This document shows positions 19,661 to 29,115 of a stretch of 64,000 bases of DNA, piece after piece. Both the position numbers and the translations under genes were made by a program. A model generated the notes under the pieces. That model saw only the letters and a program-made list of their open reading frames with translations, ran no database searches and was not told the origin of the DNA. Numbering within the stretch: position 1 is the first letter of the stretch; every line of letters begins with the position of its first letter. The stretch spans positions 190,356 to 254,355 of the forward strand of contig JAHFML010000001.1 in NCBI GenBank assembly GCA_023269085.1, given 5' to 3'. The stretch is from a bacterium. Lineage in GTDB: Bacteria; Patescibacteriota; Minisyncoccia; Phycocordibacterales; Phycocordibacteraceae.

Positions 19661-20236
19661 ATGGCCGTACTTGCCTACAACGAAATCCTCCCGAAGACTA
19701 TCATCGACTACAACGACGCGCCCTATGAGGTGCTCTCGGCGCACATATTCCGCATGCAGAAGCGAAAGCCGGTCAACCAGACGAAGCTTCGCAATCTCGT
19801 GACGGGCCAGGTGCTCGAGATCTCCTTCCATTCGAGCGAGACGATACAAGAGGCCGAGACCGATCGCCTGAACGCGGTCTATCTCTACAGCGACGGCAAG
19901 GCGAGCTGGTTCGCCGAGGAGGGCAACGCGAAGAATCGCTTCTCCTTCCCCGCTGATAGCGTGCACGATCAGGTGCAGTGGCTCGCGCCGAACTCCGTCG
20001 TCGAGGTGCTGACCTATGAGGAGAAGCCGATGACGATCAAGATACCCGTCAAGGTCGACCTCGTGGTGAAGGAGGCGCCACCCGCGGTCAAGGGCAACAC
20101 GGTCAGCGGCGGGACCAAGCTCGCCACGCTCTCGACCGGTGCGAAGGTGAATGTCCCGCTCTTCATCAACGAAGGCGACGTGGTGCGCATCAACACCGAC
20201 ACGGGCGACTACGCCGAGCGGATGGAGAAGGCGTAG
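19661..20236 (+). CDS. efp: elongation factor P
   Basis: 191 aa; canonical EF-P three-domain sequence. Confidence 0.95.
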   Translation: MAVLAYNEILPKTIIDYNDAPYEVLSAHIFRMQKRKPVNQTKLRNLVTGQVLEISFHSSETIQEAETDRLNAVYLYSDGKASWFAEEGNAKNRFSFPADSVHDQVQWLAPNSVVEVLTYEEKPMTIKIPVKVDLVVKEAPPAVKGNTVSGGTKLATLSTGAKVNVPLFINEGDVVRINTDTGDYAERMEKA

Positions 20237-20242
20237 GTGGAA

Positions 20243-20291
20243 GCAAATGCAAAACACGCGGCGCCGAAGGCGCCGCGTGTTTTGCATTTGC
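20243..20291. terminator. bidirectional GC-rich hairpin terminator between efp and rpsR
   Basis: GCAAATGCAAAACACGCGGCGCC-GAAG-GGCGCCGCGTGTTTTGCATTTGC; sequence family shared with the hairpin at ~748. Confidence 0.5.
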
Positions 20292-20304
20292 TCTCTGAAA
20301 TCGC

Positions 20305-20511
20305 TTACGCCACGAGGTACGGCATGAGCGCCATGAAGCGGGCGCGCTTGATAGCTTGGGTGATCTCGCGTTGCTTCAAGGCCGAGACGCCCGTGCGCTT
20401 CTTCGCGAGGATCTTCGCGTGCGGGCTCGTGAACTGCTTCAAGTAGGCGACATCCTTATAGTCGACAAACTTCTTAAGCTCTATCTCTTCTCTCTCAGAT
20501 TGGTATGCCAT
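20305..20511 (-). CDS. rpsR: 30S ribosomal protein S18
   Basis: 68 aa; S18 motif KRTGVSALKQREITQAIKRARFMALMPY. Confidence 0.9.
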   Translation of the reverse strand: MAYQSEREEIELKKFVDYKDVAYLKQFTSPHAKILAKKRTGVSALKQREITQAIKRARFMALMPYLVA

Positions 20512-20521
20512 AGTTCAATAA

Positions 20522-20971
20522 TTAAAAGGGAATGTCTTCCGGATTTATTTCTTCGTCGGGATACTTGATCTCGTCAGCTGGCGCCGGCTGTTCGTCGTGC
20601 GACGCACCGGAGGGCGCATACGAGCCCGCGCCGCCGGTCGCACCGCCCTTCGGGCCGAACTGGAAGGTGTCGATGACGATCTCGGTGCGGTACTGCTTCT
20701 TGCCGTCTTGACCATCCCACGAACGCGTCTGAAGGCGCCCTTCGATATAGATCGGCTGGCCCTTCTTCATGTACTGCCCGATGAGCTCTGCCGAACGCGC
20801 GAAGGCGACGATATTGTGGAACTCGGTCGTCTCCTGCTTCGCGCCGTTCTTATCCTTGTAGGTGCGATTGGTCGCCATGCCGAAATTGGCGACCTGTTGG
20901 CCCGAGGGGAGCGCCTTCAACTCCGGGTCGCGGGTGAGATTGCCGTAGAGGATGACTTTGTTGAGGTACAT
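20522..20971 (-). CDS. ssb: single-stranded DNA-binding protein
   Basis: start at MYLNKVILYGNL; OB fold; Gly-rich tail ending DIPF. Confidence 0.9.
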   Translation of the reverse strand: MYLNKVILYGNLTRDPELKALPSGQQVANFGMATNRTYKDKNGAKQETTEFHNIVAFARSAELIGQYMKKGQPIYIEGRLQTRSWDGQDGKKQYRTEIVIDTFQFGPKGGATGGAGSYAPSGASHDEQPAPADEIKYPDEEINPEDIPF

Positions 20972-20984
20972 AGTTGAGAAATAA

Positions 20985-21473
20985 TTATGCGGCGACACTC
21001 TCGAGCGCCGTGTCGAGCTCGGTGCTCACTACCTCGTCGGTCGGCTCTTCTTGCTCGGGCATCTTCGCGAGCATCTCGTGGACCTCGAGCGCATGGCGCG
21101 CGGCATCCTTGGTCGTGATGAGGTCGATAAAGCGAACGACGAACTTGTTCGCGTTCATTGCGGCGAGCACCTCGGCGTGATCGGTCGCGAGTGTCTCATA
21201 GACGATCCACGCGAAGTAGGCCGAGGAGAAGTCGCGGCGACCCGACACCTCTTGACGCGAGATGGTGTAGGCGAGCTGGATCTTGACGGGCTCGACCTCG
21301 GCGACGACGGTGCCCTTGCTGGCAATAGCGGCGTGGATAGCTTGATACTGCTTCTTCATCTCCTCGACCGGCAGATCGGGGTCGAGATGGAAACCGAGCT
21401 CGTAGACGCGAGCGTCAGCGCCCATGTCCTCGACCTCGTCGGCCTCCATGCTTTTGTCTTGATTCTTCGCCAT
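20985..21473 (-). CDS. rpsF: 30S ribosomal protein S6
   Basis: 162 aa; S6-like core (YELGFHLDPDL...) in rpsF-ssb-rpsR order; acidic C-terminal tail. Confidence 0.85.
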   Translation of the reverse strand: MAKNQDKSMEADEVEDMGADARVYELGFHLDPDLPVEEMKKQYQAIHAAIASKGTVVAEVEPVKIQLAYTISRQEVSGRRDFSSAYFAWIVYETLATDHAEVLAAMNANKFVVRFIDLITTKDAARHALEVHEMLAKMPEQEEPTDEVVSTELDTALESVAA

Positions 21474-21497
21474 AATTCCTGCATCCTAGCATCTTTG

Positions 21498-22298
21498 CTA
21501 CGAGAGTGCAAACACGCGGCGGGTGGTGGCGAGGAGGGTGGCGCGGACAGCCTCGGGGTCGTCGCCACGCACTTCGGCAATCTTCGTAGCCACATCGATA
21601 ACCGCGAGCGGGTCGTTCCTCTGCCCGCGGCGCGACGCGGGCGCGACATAGGGCGCGTCGGTCTCCGCGAGCATGCTCGTGAGCGGCACGGTGCGAATGA
21701 CCTCGTCGTAGTCGCGCGCGAAAGTGATGACCGCGGTGAAGGAGAGCGTGAAGCCGAGCGCGATGAATGCTTCTGCTTCGGGAACACCACCCGCGAAGAA
21801 GTGCATGTCCCCGCGCAGGTTTTGATGCGCCTGTTTCGCTTCAGCGAGCATGGTGATAATGTCGTGGTACGCGTCCATCGAACCTTTGCTCGGGCGGGCG
21901 TGGATGATGAGCGGCAGGTCGAGCTCGGCGGCGAGCGCGATGTGCTGCTTGAAAAGCTCTTTCTGCCCCTCCTTCGTCGTATCGTCGACAATAGTCGGTC
22001 TAAAATAATCGAGCCCGCACTCCCCTATCGCGACCACCTTCGATTGGTGTGCCAACTCCCGAATATTGGACATATCATGTCCAATATTCGGGAGTTCGTT
22101 CGGGTGGACACCGACGGCCGCATACAGGTGCTCATGCTTCTGCGCGAGCTCGACCGCCACCCGCGATGACGCGAGGTCGCACCCGACCACAATCGCGCCC
22201 ACACCCTGCTCAAGCATCTGTGCGACAATCATTTCTCTATCCGCATCGTACTGGGCGAATTGCAGGTGACAGTGCGCGTCGATGTAGCGAGGCGTCAT
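21498..22298 (-). CDS. tatD: TatD-family metal-dependent DNase/hydrolase
   Basis: 266 aa; IDAHCHL...VGVHP...AIGECGLDY motifs. Confidence 0.85.
   Translation of the reverse strand: MTPRYIDAHCHLQFAQYDADREMIVAQMLEQGVGAIVVGCDLASSRVAVELAQKHEHLYAAVGVHPNELPNIGHDMSNIRELAHQSKVVAIGECGLDYFRPTIVDDTTKEGQKELFKQHIALAAELDLPLIIHARPSKGSMDAYHDIITMLAEAKQAHQNLRGDMHFFAGGVPEAEAFIALGFTLSFTAVITFARDYDEVIRTVPLTSMLAETDAPYVAPASRRGQRNDPLAVIDVATKIAEVRGDDPEAVRATLLATTRRVFALS
22054..22096. repeat. 43-bp inverted repeat inside tatD CDS (19-nt arms AACTCCCGAATATTGGACA / TGTCCAATATTCGGGAGTT, 5-nt spacer)
   Basis: seen in sequence; core TTGGACAT-N3-ATGTCCAA also at ~18007. Confidence 0.7.
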
Positions 22299-23716
22299 GG
22301 GAGGCGCGGGAAAAGATTCTCGGGCTTTTTGTTCTTGAAGACAGCGGCTTTGATAGTGTCGCTCGTCGTGGGCATGAAGGGCGCGAGTAGCTGCCCAATC
22401 TGATACAACTCTGTCGCAAGTTCTGCAATCATCACGCGACCTTTTTTCTCGTCTTCTTTGACTACCGCAAATGGCTTCTCACTCGTGATGCGCTCGTCGA
22501 GCGCGCCCACCTTCGCCCAAATCATGTCCATCGCCTCGTTGAAGCGGAACGCGTCGATCGTCGCGCGATATTCTTGCGAGAACGGCATTGACTCTGGCTG
22601 TGCAACCGGTTCGATGAGATGCGTCTCCGCAAGCTTCATCACCCGCGCGACGAGATTGCCGAGGCCGTTGGTCAGATGGGCGGTGTAGTGTTCGCGAATC
22701 GCCTCACGCGTGAGGTCCGAATCTTCGAAGGGCGAGACGTGCCGCAAGAGGACATAGCGCACCGCGTCGGCGCCGTACTCCTCGACGAGATCGAGCGGGT
22801 TCACCACATTCCCCAAGCTCTTGCTCATCTTCTGGCCGCCCGAGGTGATGAAGCCGTGTATGAATATCTGCTTGGACGCCGGAATGTTCGCCGAGAGCAA
22901 CATCGCCTGCCACATCGCCGCCTGCTGGCGCAAATTATCCTTGCCGGCAAATTGGATCACCGGCCACCACTTCGCAAAGTGCGTCGCATCGGTCGGCCAT
23001 CCGATGGCAGAGACGTAGTTCACGAGCGCATCGAACCACACATACATGACGTGCTCTTCGTCGCCCGGGACAGGCACGCCCCACGAGAGCTTCTCCCGGC
23101 GACGCGAGATGCTGAAATCTTTGAGCCCGCCCGCGACGAATCTTGTAATCTCGTGCAACCGCCCTGCCGGCAGGACGAACGCAGGGTCCGCCGCGTAGTG
23201 CGCGAGGAGCGCGTCCTGATATTTTGAAAATCTGAAATAATAATTCTCTTCTTCGCGCGTCTCGATGTCTTGGTTTGGATGAAGCGGACAACGCCCACTC
23301 TCAAGCTCCGAGTCCGTCTTCTCGAGCTCACAGCCGACGCAATATTTGATCTGATAGGTCGCTTTGTAGATATCGCCCGCGGCCGCACAACGCTTCCAGA
23401 ACTCTTGCGCGGCGGCGACATGACGCGCATCGGTGGTACGAATGAACGAGTCGTGCGAAATGTCGAGGGCATCGGCAAATGCCTTGAACCGATCCGCATA
23501 CCGATCCGCATAGGCCTGCGGGCTCTCCCTTGCCTCTTCGGCTTTCTCTGCTATCTTCGCGCCATGTTCATCGGTGCCGATATTGAAGAATACGTCATCA
23601 CCCGCGAGTCGTGCGGCACGTGCATAACAATCCGCCTCGACAAATTCGAGTGCGTGCCCGAGATGCGGATCCGCATTCACATACGGAAGCGTTGTGGTGA
23701 TATAGCGAGCGTTCAT
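22295..23716 (-). CDS. metG: methionyl-tRNA synthetase
   Basis: start at MNARYITTTLPYVNADPHLGH; HLGH and KMSKS motifs. Confidence 0.92.
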   Translation of the reverse strand: MNARYITTTLPYVNADPHLGHALEFVEADCYARAARLAGDDVFFNIGTDEHGAKIAEKAEEARESPQAYADRYADRFKAFADALDISHDSFIRTTDARHVAAAQEFWKRCAAAGDIYKATYQIKYCVGCELEKTDSELESGRCPLHPNQDIETREEENYYFRFSKYQDALLAHYAADPAFVLPAGRLHEITRFVAGGLKDFSISRRREKLSWGVPVPGDEEHVMYVWFDALVNYVSAIGWPTDATHFAKWWPVIQFAGKDNLRQQAAMWQAMLLSANIPASKQIFIHGFITSGGQKMSKSLGNVVNPLDLVEEYGADAVRYVLLRHVSPFEDSDLTREAIREHYTAHLTNGLGNLVARVMKLAETHLIEPVAQPESMPFSQEYRATIDAFRFNEAMDMIWAKVGALDERITSEKPFAVVKEDEKKGRVMIAELATELYQIGQLLAPFMPTTSDTIKAAVFKNKKPENLFPRLP

Positions 23717-23717
23717 G

Positions 23718-24776
23718 TTAGGCGCCGCGCGTGAGGCGGCGCTTGCGTTTGTCGAAGTCGGTGATGAACTCGAGGAGAACCGCCGCGACCGGCACGGAGA
23801 GCAACGCACCCAAGAAGCCGGCGAGCGTGTAGCCCGCGACGAGAGCGATGATAACCATGAGCGGCGGGACGCCGACCACCTTCTTCACGATGAGCGGATA
23901 GATGAGGTTCGACTCGAACTGGTTTACCACCACATAGAGTCCGAGTGTGATCGCCGCGAGCGCGACGCCTCCGCTACTGAAAGCGATGATAACTGCAAGC
24001 GTCCCCGCCATGAGTGAGCCGAAGATGGGGATAAGCTCTGCCCCCGCAGTGAAGACGGCGAGCAGGAGTGCGTAGGGCACACCGATGATGAGCAGACCGA
24101 GATAGACCAGCACCGCGACCAAGAGCGAGAGCAGTATCTGCCCCTGCATCCAGAGGCCAATCTTCTTCTGCGCACGGCGCCAGAGATCGACCGAGTACTC
24201 CTCGTGCGCAACCGGCATCACGAGACGCAAGAAGTCTTCGACGCCGGTGTCCTGAAGGGCGAAATAGAAGGAGAGCACGATCACGAGCGAGAGCGAGATG
24301 ACGCCGCCGAAGAGGGTTGAGAAAATCTGCACCGCGCTCGACGAACCGGCCGAGAAGAGCGCCTCGACCGAAAAGAGTGTCTGGATGAATGCACGCAGAT
24401 CGTACGAACCACTTATGAGACCTGCTGTACTAGTAAACTGCGAGAGAGAACCCGTCAGATTGACCGCATCGAGATACCGCGGCAAAGCCGAAAGGAAGCC
24501 CGTCGTGTCACTGATAATCGGCGGAAGGAAGAGATAGAGAAGGAGGAAGAGCGAACCGAAGATGAGGATATAGACAAGAATCGCCGCGAAGAAGCGCGGA
24601 ATGCGATGGCGGATGAAGAAGGCAATCTCGGGCTCAATAGCCGAGGCGATGACGATAGCCGTGAGCACGAGGAGGGCGAGGTCGCGCAGGAGCCAGAAGA
24701 TATACGCACCCGCCGCGATAAGAATCGCGGTCATAAAGGTGCTCGGCGTTAGCGTAATGCGCAGGTGTTTGTCCAT
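23718..24776 (-). CDS. AI-2E family transporter (PerM/UPF0118-like)
   Basis: 352 aa, 8 TM helices, AI-2E-like profile. Confidence 0.75.
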   Translation of the reverse strand: MDKHLRITLTPSTFMTAILIAAGAYIFWLLRDLALLVLTAIVIASAIEPEIAFFIRHRIPRFFAAILVYILIFGSLFLLLYLFLPPIISDTTGFLSALPRYLDAVNLTGSLSQFTSTAGLISGSYDLRAFIQTLFSVEALFSAGSSSAVQIFSTLFGGVISLSLVIVLSFYFALQDTGVEDFLRLVMPVAHEEYSVDLWRRAQKKIGLWMQGQILLSLLVAVLVYLGLLIIGVPYALLLAVFTAGAELIPIFGSLMAGTLAVIIAFSSGGVALAAITLGLYVVVNQFESNLIYPLIVKKVVGVPPLMVIIALVAGYTLAGFLGALLSVPVAAVLLEFITDFDKRKRRLTRGA

Positions 24777-25234
24777 GTCAGAATCCTACCACGAAATCGC
24801 CGTATGAGAAGCGCGCCGCTTCGCGGCGCGCGAGAAAATGAAAAGGCCACCAAGTGGTGGCCGGGTGGTCTGCTGTTACCGCTGAACCAGTTGTCAGCCA
24901 GCCAGCACGCAGGCCAAAAAGACTCGTTTTCATCATGCGATGACTCCACCGGGAGTTGAATGATGCGGAACATGCCTTCGGTGTCGGCGCAGTCAGTCTC
25001 GCGCATCTTTCCGTCTGATGCCAACAATTTCAACCGGTGACAATTTGTCACCGCTTCACTCTCCTCGTCTCTCAATCTCTGCGCGAGTTTATTCCAATAT
25101 TTCCGGGCGGCATAATCATCAAGCTGATCAGTAAGCGCCTGCACCACATCAATCACCGAAAACCACCATTCGCCGTTATGCAGCGTCTTACGTATCTCCT
25201 TCTTCTTAAAAATCGCAATCTGGGTTGGTTCCAT
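24749..25234 (-). CDS. BRO-N / DinD-like domain protein
   Basis: start at MEPTQIAIFKKKEIRKTLHNGEWWFSVIDVVQALTD; Bro-N pattern F..IR....GE.WF...DV; C-terminal part poorly conserved and overlaps next gene. Confidence 0.5.
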   Translation of the reverse strand: MEPTQIAIFKKKEIRKTLHNGEWWFSVIDVVQALTDQLDDYAARKYWNKLAQRLRDEESEAVTNCHRLKLLASDGKMRETDCADTEGMFRIIQLPVESSHDENESFWPACWLADNWFSGNSRPPGHHLVAFSFSRAPRSGALLIRRFRGRILTWTNTCALR

Positions 25235-25253
25235 GGAGATTGCTAAAACTAAT

Positions 25254-26657
25254 TTACCGCAACTTCTCTGCGAGATAGGCCGGGAGGCTCGCGATAGCGA
25301 TGCGCTCCTGCGCGCCCGAGTCGCGGTGGCGGAGGGTGACGGTGTCAGTGAGCGCCGCATCATCACCATGGCCGATAGTGTCGAAGTCGATCGTGATGCA
25401 GAAGGGCGTGCCGATCTCGTCTTGGCGGCGGTAGCGCTTGCCGATGTTGCCGTTGTCGTCCCACGCAATAGCCGGGTGCACCTGTCTCAAGAGGGCGCGC
25501 ACCTCGCGCGCCTTCGCGACGAGCTCGGGCTTGTTCTTGAGCAAGGGCGAAACCATCGCTTTGACTGGTGCCACCTTGGGCGCGAGCGCGAGATAGGTGC
25601 GCACTTCCCCACCGAGCTCGTCTTCGCGGTAAGCGTCGGCGAGCACTGCGAGGAAGAGTCGCCCCATGCCCATCGAAGTCTCGAGGATCCACGGCACATA
25701 CTTCTCTGCGGTTTCCGGATCGGTATAGCGCAGATCGACACTTGAGAACTTTTGGTGCTGAGTGAGATCATAGTCGCTTCGATCGTGGATGCCCTCGAGC
25801 TCGTCAAAGCCCCACGGATAGTTATACTCGATATCCCACGCGTCCTTGGCGTAGAACACGAGATTCTCGTGTTGCTTGAAACGGAGATTCTCTTTATTGA
25901 GGCCGAGCGAAATGAACCAGTTCATTCGCTCTTCCTTCAGCGCTTCATATGCCTCTTTGTTTTCGTTCGGCCGTATGAAAAGCTGCGTGTCGGCCTGCTC
26001 GAATTCTCGGCAACGGAAGAGGAAGTTGCGTGGTGAGATCTCATTTCGGAAAGCCTTCCCTATTTGCGCCACGCCGAACGGGATTTTCGGCTGCATACTA
26101 TCTACGATATTCTTGTAATCGAGATAGATGCCTTGGCACGCCTCGCCCGGGAGATAGACCGGATTGTTCCCCTCTGAGGTGAAGTCGCCGAGATTCGACT
26201 GTACGAGAAGATTGAACTTGCGAACGCGTGAGAAGTCATGCGCACTGCACTTCTCGCATTTTATTTCTGCACGATGCGCGTCGAAGAGCGCGTTGATCTC
26301 TTCCTCCGTCATCTTCTCATCGGCAGTCACGCCAATCGCTCCAAGCACCTTATCGACGCGGATGCGCGCGTTGCACTTCTTGCATTCAGCCAGCGGGTCA
26401 GAGAAGCCGGTCGTGTGGCCGCTCGCCTCCCAGACGCGCGGGTTCTTGAACATACCCGAATCAATCGGATACCAATTCTCCCGACCATACACGACCGCGT
26501 CCCACCACGCTTTCTTAAGATTCGCGAGGAGCTCGAAACCGCGCGGGCCGAAGTCATAGATGCCCGCGAGGCCGCCATAGATCTCAGAGCCCGGGTAGAC
26601 GAAGCCGCGTCGCTTACAGAGCGAGACAATTTTTTCCATCAGATTCGCATCAGTCAT
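25254..26657 (-). CDS. glyS: glycyl-tRNA synthetase, alpha2 (eukaryotic/archaeal) type
   Basis: start at MTDANLMEKIVSLCKRRGFVYPGSEIYGGLAG...; class II motifs. Confidence 0.9.
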   Translation of the reverse strand: MTDANLMEKIVSLCKRRGFVYPGSEIYGGLAGIYDFGPRGFELLANLKKAWWDAVVYGRENWYPIDSGMFKNPRVWEASGHTTGFSDPLAECKKCNARIRVDKVLGAIGVTADEKMTEEEINALFDAHRAEIKCEKCSAHDFSRVRKFNLLVQSNLGDFTSEGNNPVYLPGEACQGIYLDYKNIVDSMQPKIPFGVAQIGKAFRNEISPRNFLFRCREFEQADTQLFIRPNENKEAYEALKEERMNWFISLGLNKENLRFKQHENLVFYAKDAWDIEYNYPWGFDELEGIHDRSDYDLTQHQKFSSVDLRYTDPETAEKYVPWILETSMGMGRLFLAVLADAYREDELGGEVRTYLALAPKVAPVKAMVSPLLKNKPELVAKAREVRALLRQVHPAIAWDDNGNIGKRYRRQDEIGTPFCITIDFDTIGHGDDAALTDTVTLRHRDSGAQERIAIASLPAYLAEKLR

Positions 26658-26667
26658 GGTGAGCGGA

Positions 26668-28533
26668 TTATTGCACGATTCCGTCCGTCTGCACATATCC
26701 CGGGTCGTCGGGCGTATCGGTTGTCGCCGGATTCGTGTTAGCTGAAATCTGCACTCCCGCGAATCGGTCATGCCCGGAGAATGTCGGTATTCCCGTGAGC
26801 TGAACTGCCGACCCTTTCTGTGAGGCTGAAGGCGTGAACGACACACGGAAGGTCCCTTCCGCATTCCCGTTCTGCGGGATATCGCCTGCCCGCCAGGTCA
26901 GCGTCCGCGCAGTACTGTCATAGGAGAACGAGCCTGCGCCAGTCGTCTGTCCGAGATACGTGACATAACTCGGCAGGGTAAGCGTCGTGGCGCCACCCGC
27001 GAGCGTACTGCCCTTGTTCTGTGCGGTGAGCGTGATGGCATAGATAGTCGCCTGTTCGACGCGGGGCGGGAGTGGCCCACTAACCCGCGATGTGCGCGTT
27101 GCGAGTGTCGCCATTGTCGAGACCTTAGCCTGATACTGCGCCGAGACGGTCACCTGCTCGGGGACATTGGTTTGGCCCGTACGTATACCCGAGGCCGATG
27201 TCGAGAAGATAATGGTGGGCGAAGGAGCTCCCGCCGGCAGAGTCGAGAAGCTGAACGAACCCTGACCCGAAGCGCCTGGAACGAGTGATGCCAGCTTCGA
27301 ATCGGTATCTCGACTGAAGACGATCGTATGGTCGATAGAATTATAGAAGCCGTTCATCGTCCGTATGCTGTCATAATTTATCGCGGTGCCCGAGAGAGCG
27401 ACCGAAATCGATGCGTTCATGATGGTCGTTGCAAGCGTGTTCTGATAATTGACGGAGATATTCTGCGCACTATTGGGCGTCATGACCGCATTCGCAAGCA
27501 CATTCCCGCCAAGCGTGAGTGTCGTCGTGATGAAGGGTTCAGCGATCTTCACTGTCGCGTCTTGGGTCATGTACGCGATAGCGAGCGTCGGATCCTTTAT
27601 CGAATTCGCCGTGCCGACGGAAAAATGAAAAACCCTTTGGTCATTATTCTGCCCGGTGAGCGTACCGGTCAACCGTATCTGGCGGCTCGCTCCCGGCGCG
27701 AGCGTGCCGATGACAAATGATCCGTTCGTAAGCGGAAGTGAAGATGACGCAACCGAAAAACCGAAGGGGAATGTCGTGGCGAGAACGATATTGCCGATCG
27801 GCACATTCGCATTCGAACGGACCGCCAGCGAGAAGGTTATCGCCTGACCTGAGGTGAGCTCGGTGAGCGCGTCGACCGAGATCGAGAGCGGCGTTGAAGA
27901 GATCGCGAGCGCATAGGTCGACTTCTTCTCGAAGACGGCGTTGGAGCTCGCCGTGCCATACGAGAACGAGACCGGAAGGGCAAGCGCCTGCCCTGCCCCG
28001 CCGAATACGATCGCCTTGACCGACCGCGTGACTGTCGCGCCGCTCGCTATCGTCCCAAGATTTTCAACATAGCGCGGATACGGACCGAGCACGTTGACTG
28101 CACTGCGCGTGCCCTCGGGAAAGTCGATCTCGATAATCGCGTGTTCAAGCGCAATTGGGTTCTTGTTCGTGATGGTAATCGAGAATGGCACCGTATCACC
28201 ACCAGCGATTGTCGTCGGCCCCTGTATATCGATTGAGACTTTATCTGTCGAGACAGAGTTGCCACCGAAATAAAAGAGGTAGCCCGCGATACCGAGCGCG
28301 CACAAGAAGAAGACGATAGTACCCGCGAGGAAGATACTCGCGCGGCGCAGATGCCGCGTCGTACCCGGCAAGCGAGGAGCGAGGCGTTCCTTCCACTCAT
28401 GTTGGAGCGACGGCTCGCGCGGCGCCGAGAGCGGCGCGCGTTCATATCGCAATGGCGTCGGGCTATAGAGCGCCTCGCGCGCTCGCTCGACCGGACTCAC
28501 CACATTTTCTTCTTGCCGCGATTCCATAGTCAT
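26668..28533 (-). CDS. membrane-anchored surface protein with repeated beta-domains (DUF11/CARDB-like)
   Basis: 621 aa; cytoplasmic N-terminus, single TM, long Ser/Thr/Gly/Val-rich ectodomain. Confidence 0.45.
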   Translation of the reverse strand: MTMESRQEENVVSPVERAREALYSPTPLRYERAPLSAPREPSLQHEWKERLAPRLPGTTRHLRRASIFLAGTIVFFLCALGIAGYLFYFGGNSVSTDKVSIDIQGPTTIAGGDTVPFSITITNKNPIALEHAIIEIDFPEGTRSAVNVLGPYPRYVENLGTIASGATVTRSVKAIVFGGAGQALALPVSFSYGTASSNAVFEKKSTYALAISSTPLSISVDALTELTSGQAITFSLAVRSNANVPIGNIVLATTFPFGFSVASSSLPLTNGSFVIGTLAPGASRQIRLTGTLTGQNNDQRVFHFSVGTANSIKDPTLAIAYMTQDATVKIAEPFITTTLTLGGNVLANAVMTPNSAQNISVNYQNTLATTIMNASISVALSGTAINYDSIRTMNGFYNSIDHTIVFSRDTDSKLASLVPGASGQGSFSFSTLPAGAPSPTIIFSTSASGIRTGQTNVPEQVTVSAQYQAKVSTMATLATRTSRVSGPLPPRVEQATIYAITLTAQNKGSTLAGGATTLTLPSYVTYLGQTTGAGSFSYDSTARTLTWRAGDIPQNGNAEGTFRVSFTPSASQKGSAVQLTGIPTFSGHDRFAGVQISANTNPATTDTPDDPGYVQTDGIVQ

Positions 28534-28545
28534 GAGTATACCGCG

Positions 28546-29115
28546 CTAGGGATGCTTCCTATTCTTTCTCAAGCTTGAAAAGATTTTATACACCTCGACG
28601 AACGAACCGCGCTTATTCATCCATTCTGGAGGATTGCCCGGCTTGAATCCTATCCACCATGTGTCATGTCCACGTTCGCCACCATGCTGATGCTTCAATT
28701 TCTTGAACGGAATATCCTTTTTGTTGAAAATCCATATTTGTGCGTCGAACGGCGAGATGCCGATACAAATAAGAAACTTATAGTTTTGATCTCGCAATTG
28801 CTGAAAGACATACTGGCCGTTTTCCCACTCGGTCGAAAATTTTATTTCCACTCGCTCGCCCTCGATGATACGGTCCGCATCACTATCCGGTGATCGCACC
28901 ACGTCGAACCCGCGCGCGGCGCACCATCCGGCGATCAACTGTTCGCCGATTTTGCCACGCTGGCGCGATGGTCGGTGTAGTATCCATTCGAACGGGCTCC
29001 CCTGCCAGCGCGCGGCATCTGCTTTTTCATATTCTCCACGAAGCCCGAGTGCAATGCTCGCAAGCAATTCAACGTCTTTATTTTTTAGGCGGCGTTCACT
29101 CATAGTAATTGGCAT
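28546..29115 (-). CDS. putative type II restriction endonuclease (PD-(D/E)xK)
   Basis: 189 aa; SPDSDAD...EGERVEIKFS fits PD...ExK; 16-bp overlap with upstream methyltransferase. Confidence 0.5.
   Translation of the reverse strand: MPITMSERRLKNKDVELLASIALGLRGEYEKADAARWQGSPFEWILHRPSRQRGKIGEQLIAGWCAARGFDVVRSPDSDADRIIEGERVEIKFSTEWENGQYVFQQLRDQNYKFLICIGISPFDAQIWIFNKKDIPFKKLKHQHGGERGHDTWWIGFKPGNPPEWMNKRGSFVEVYKIFSSLRKNRKHP

Noticed and set aside
24749-25468. Long Ser/Thr/Arg-rich N-terminal extension of the BRO-N ORF
   Set aside because: Low-complexity read-through. The internal Met at MEPTQ, followed by the conserved domain, is the more plausible start.
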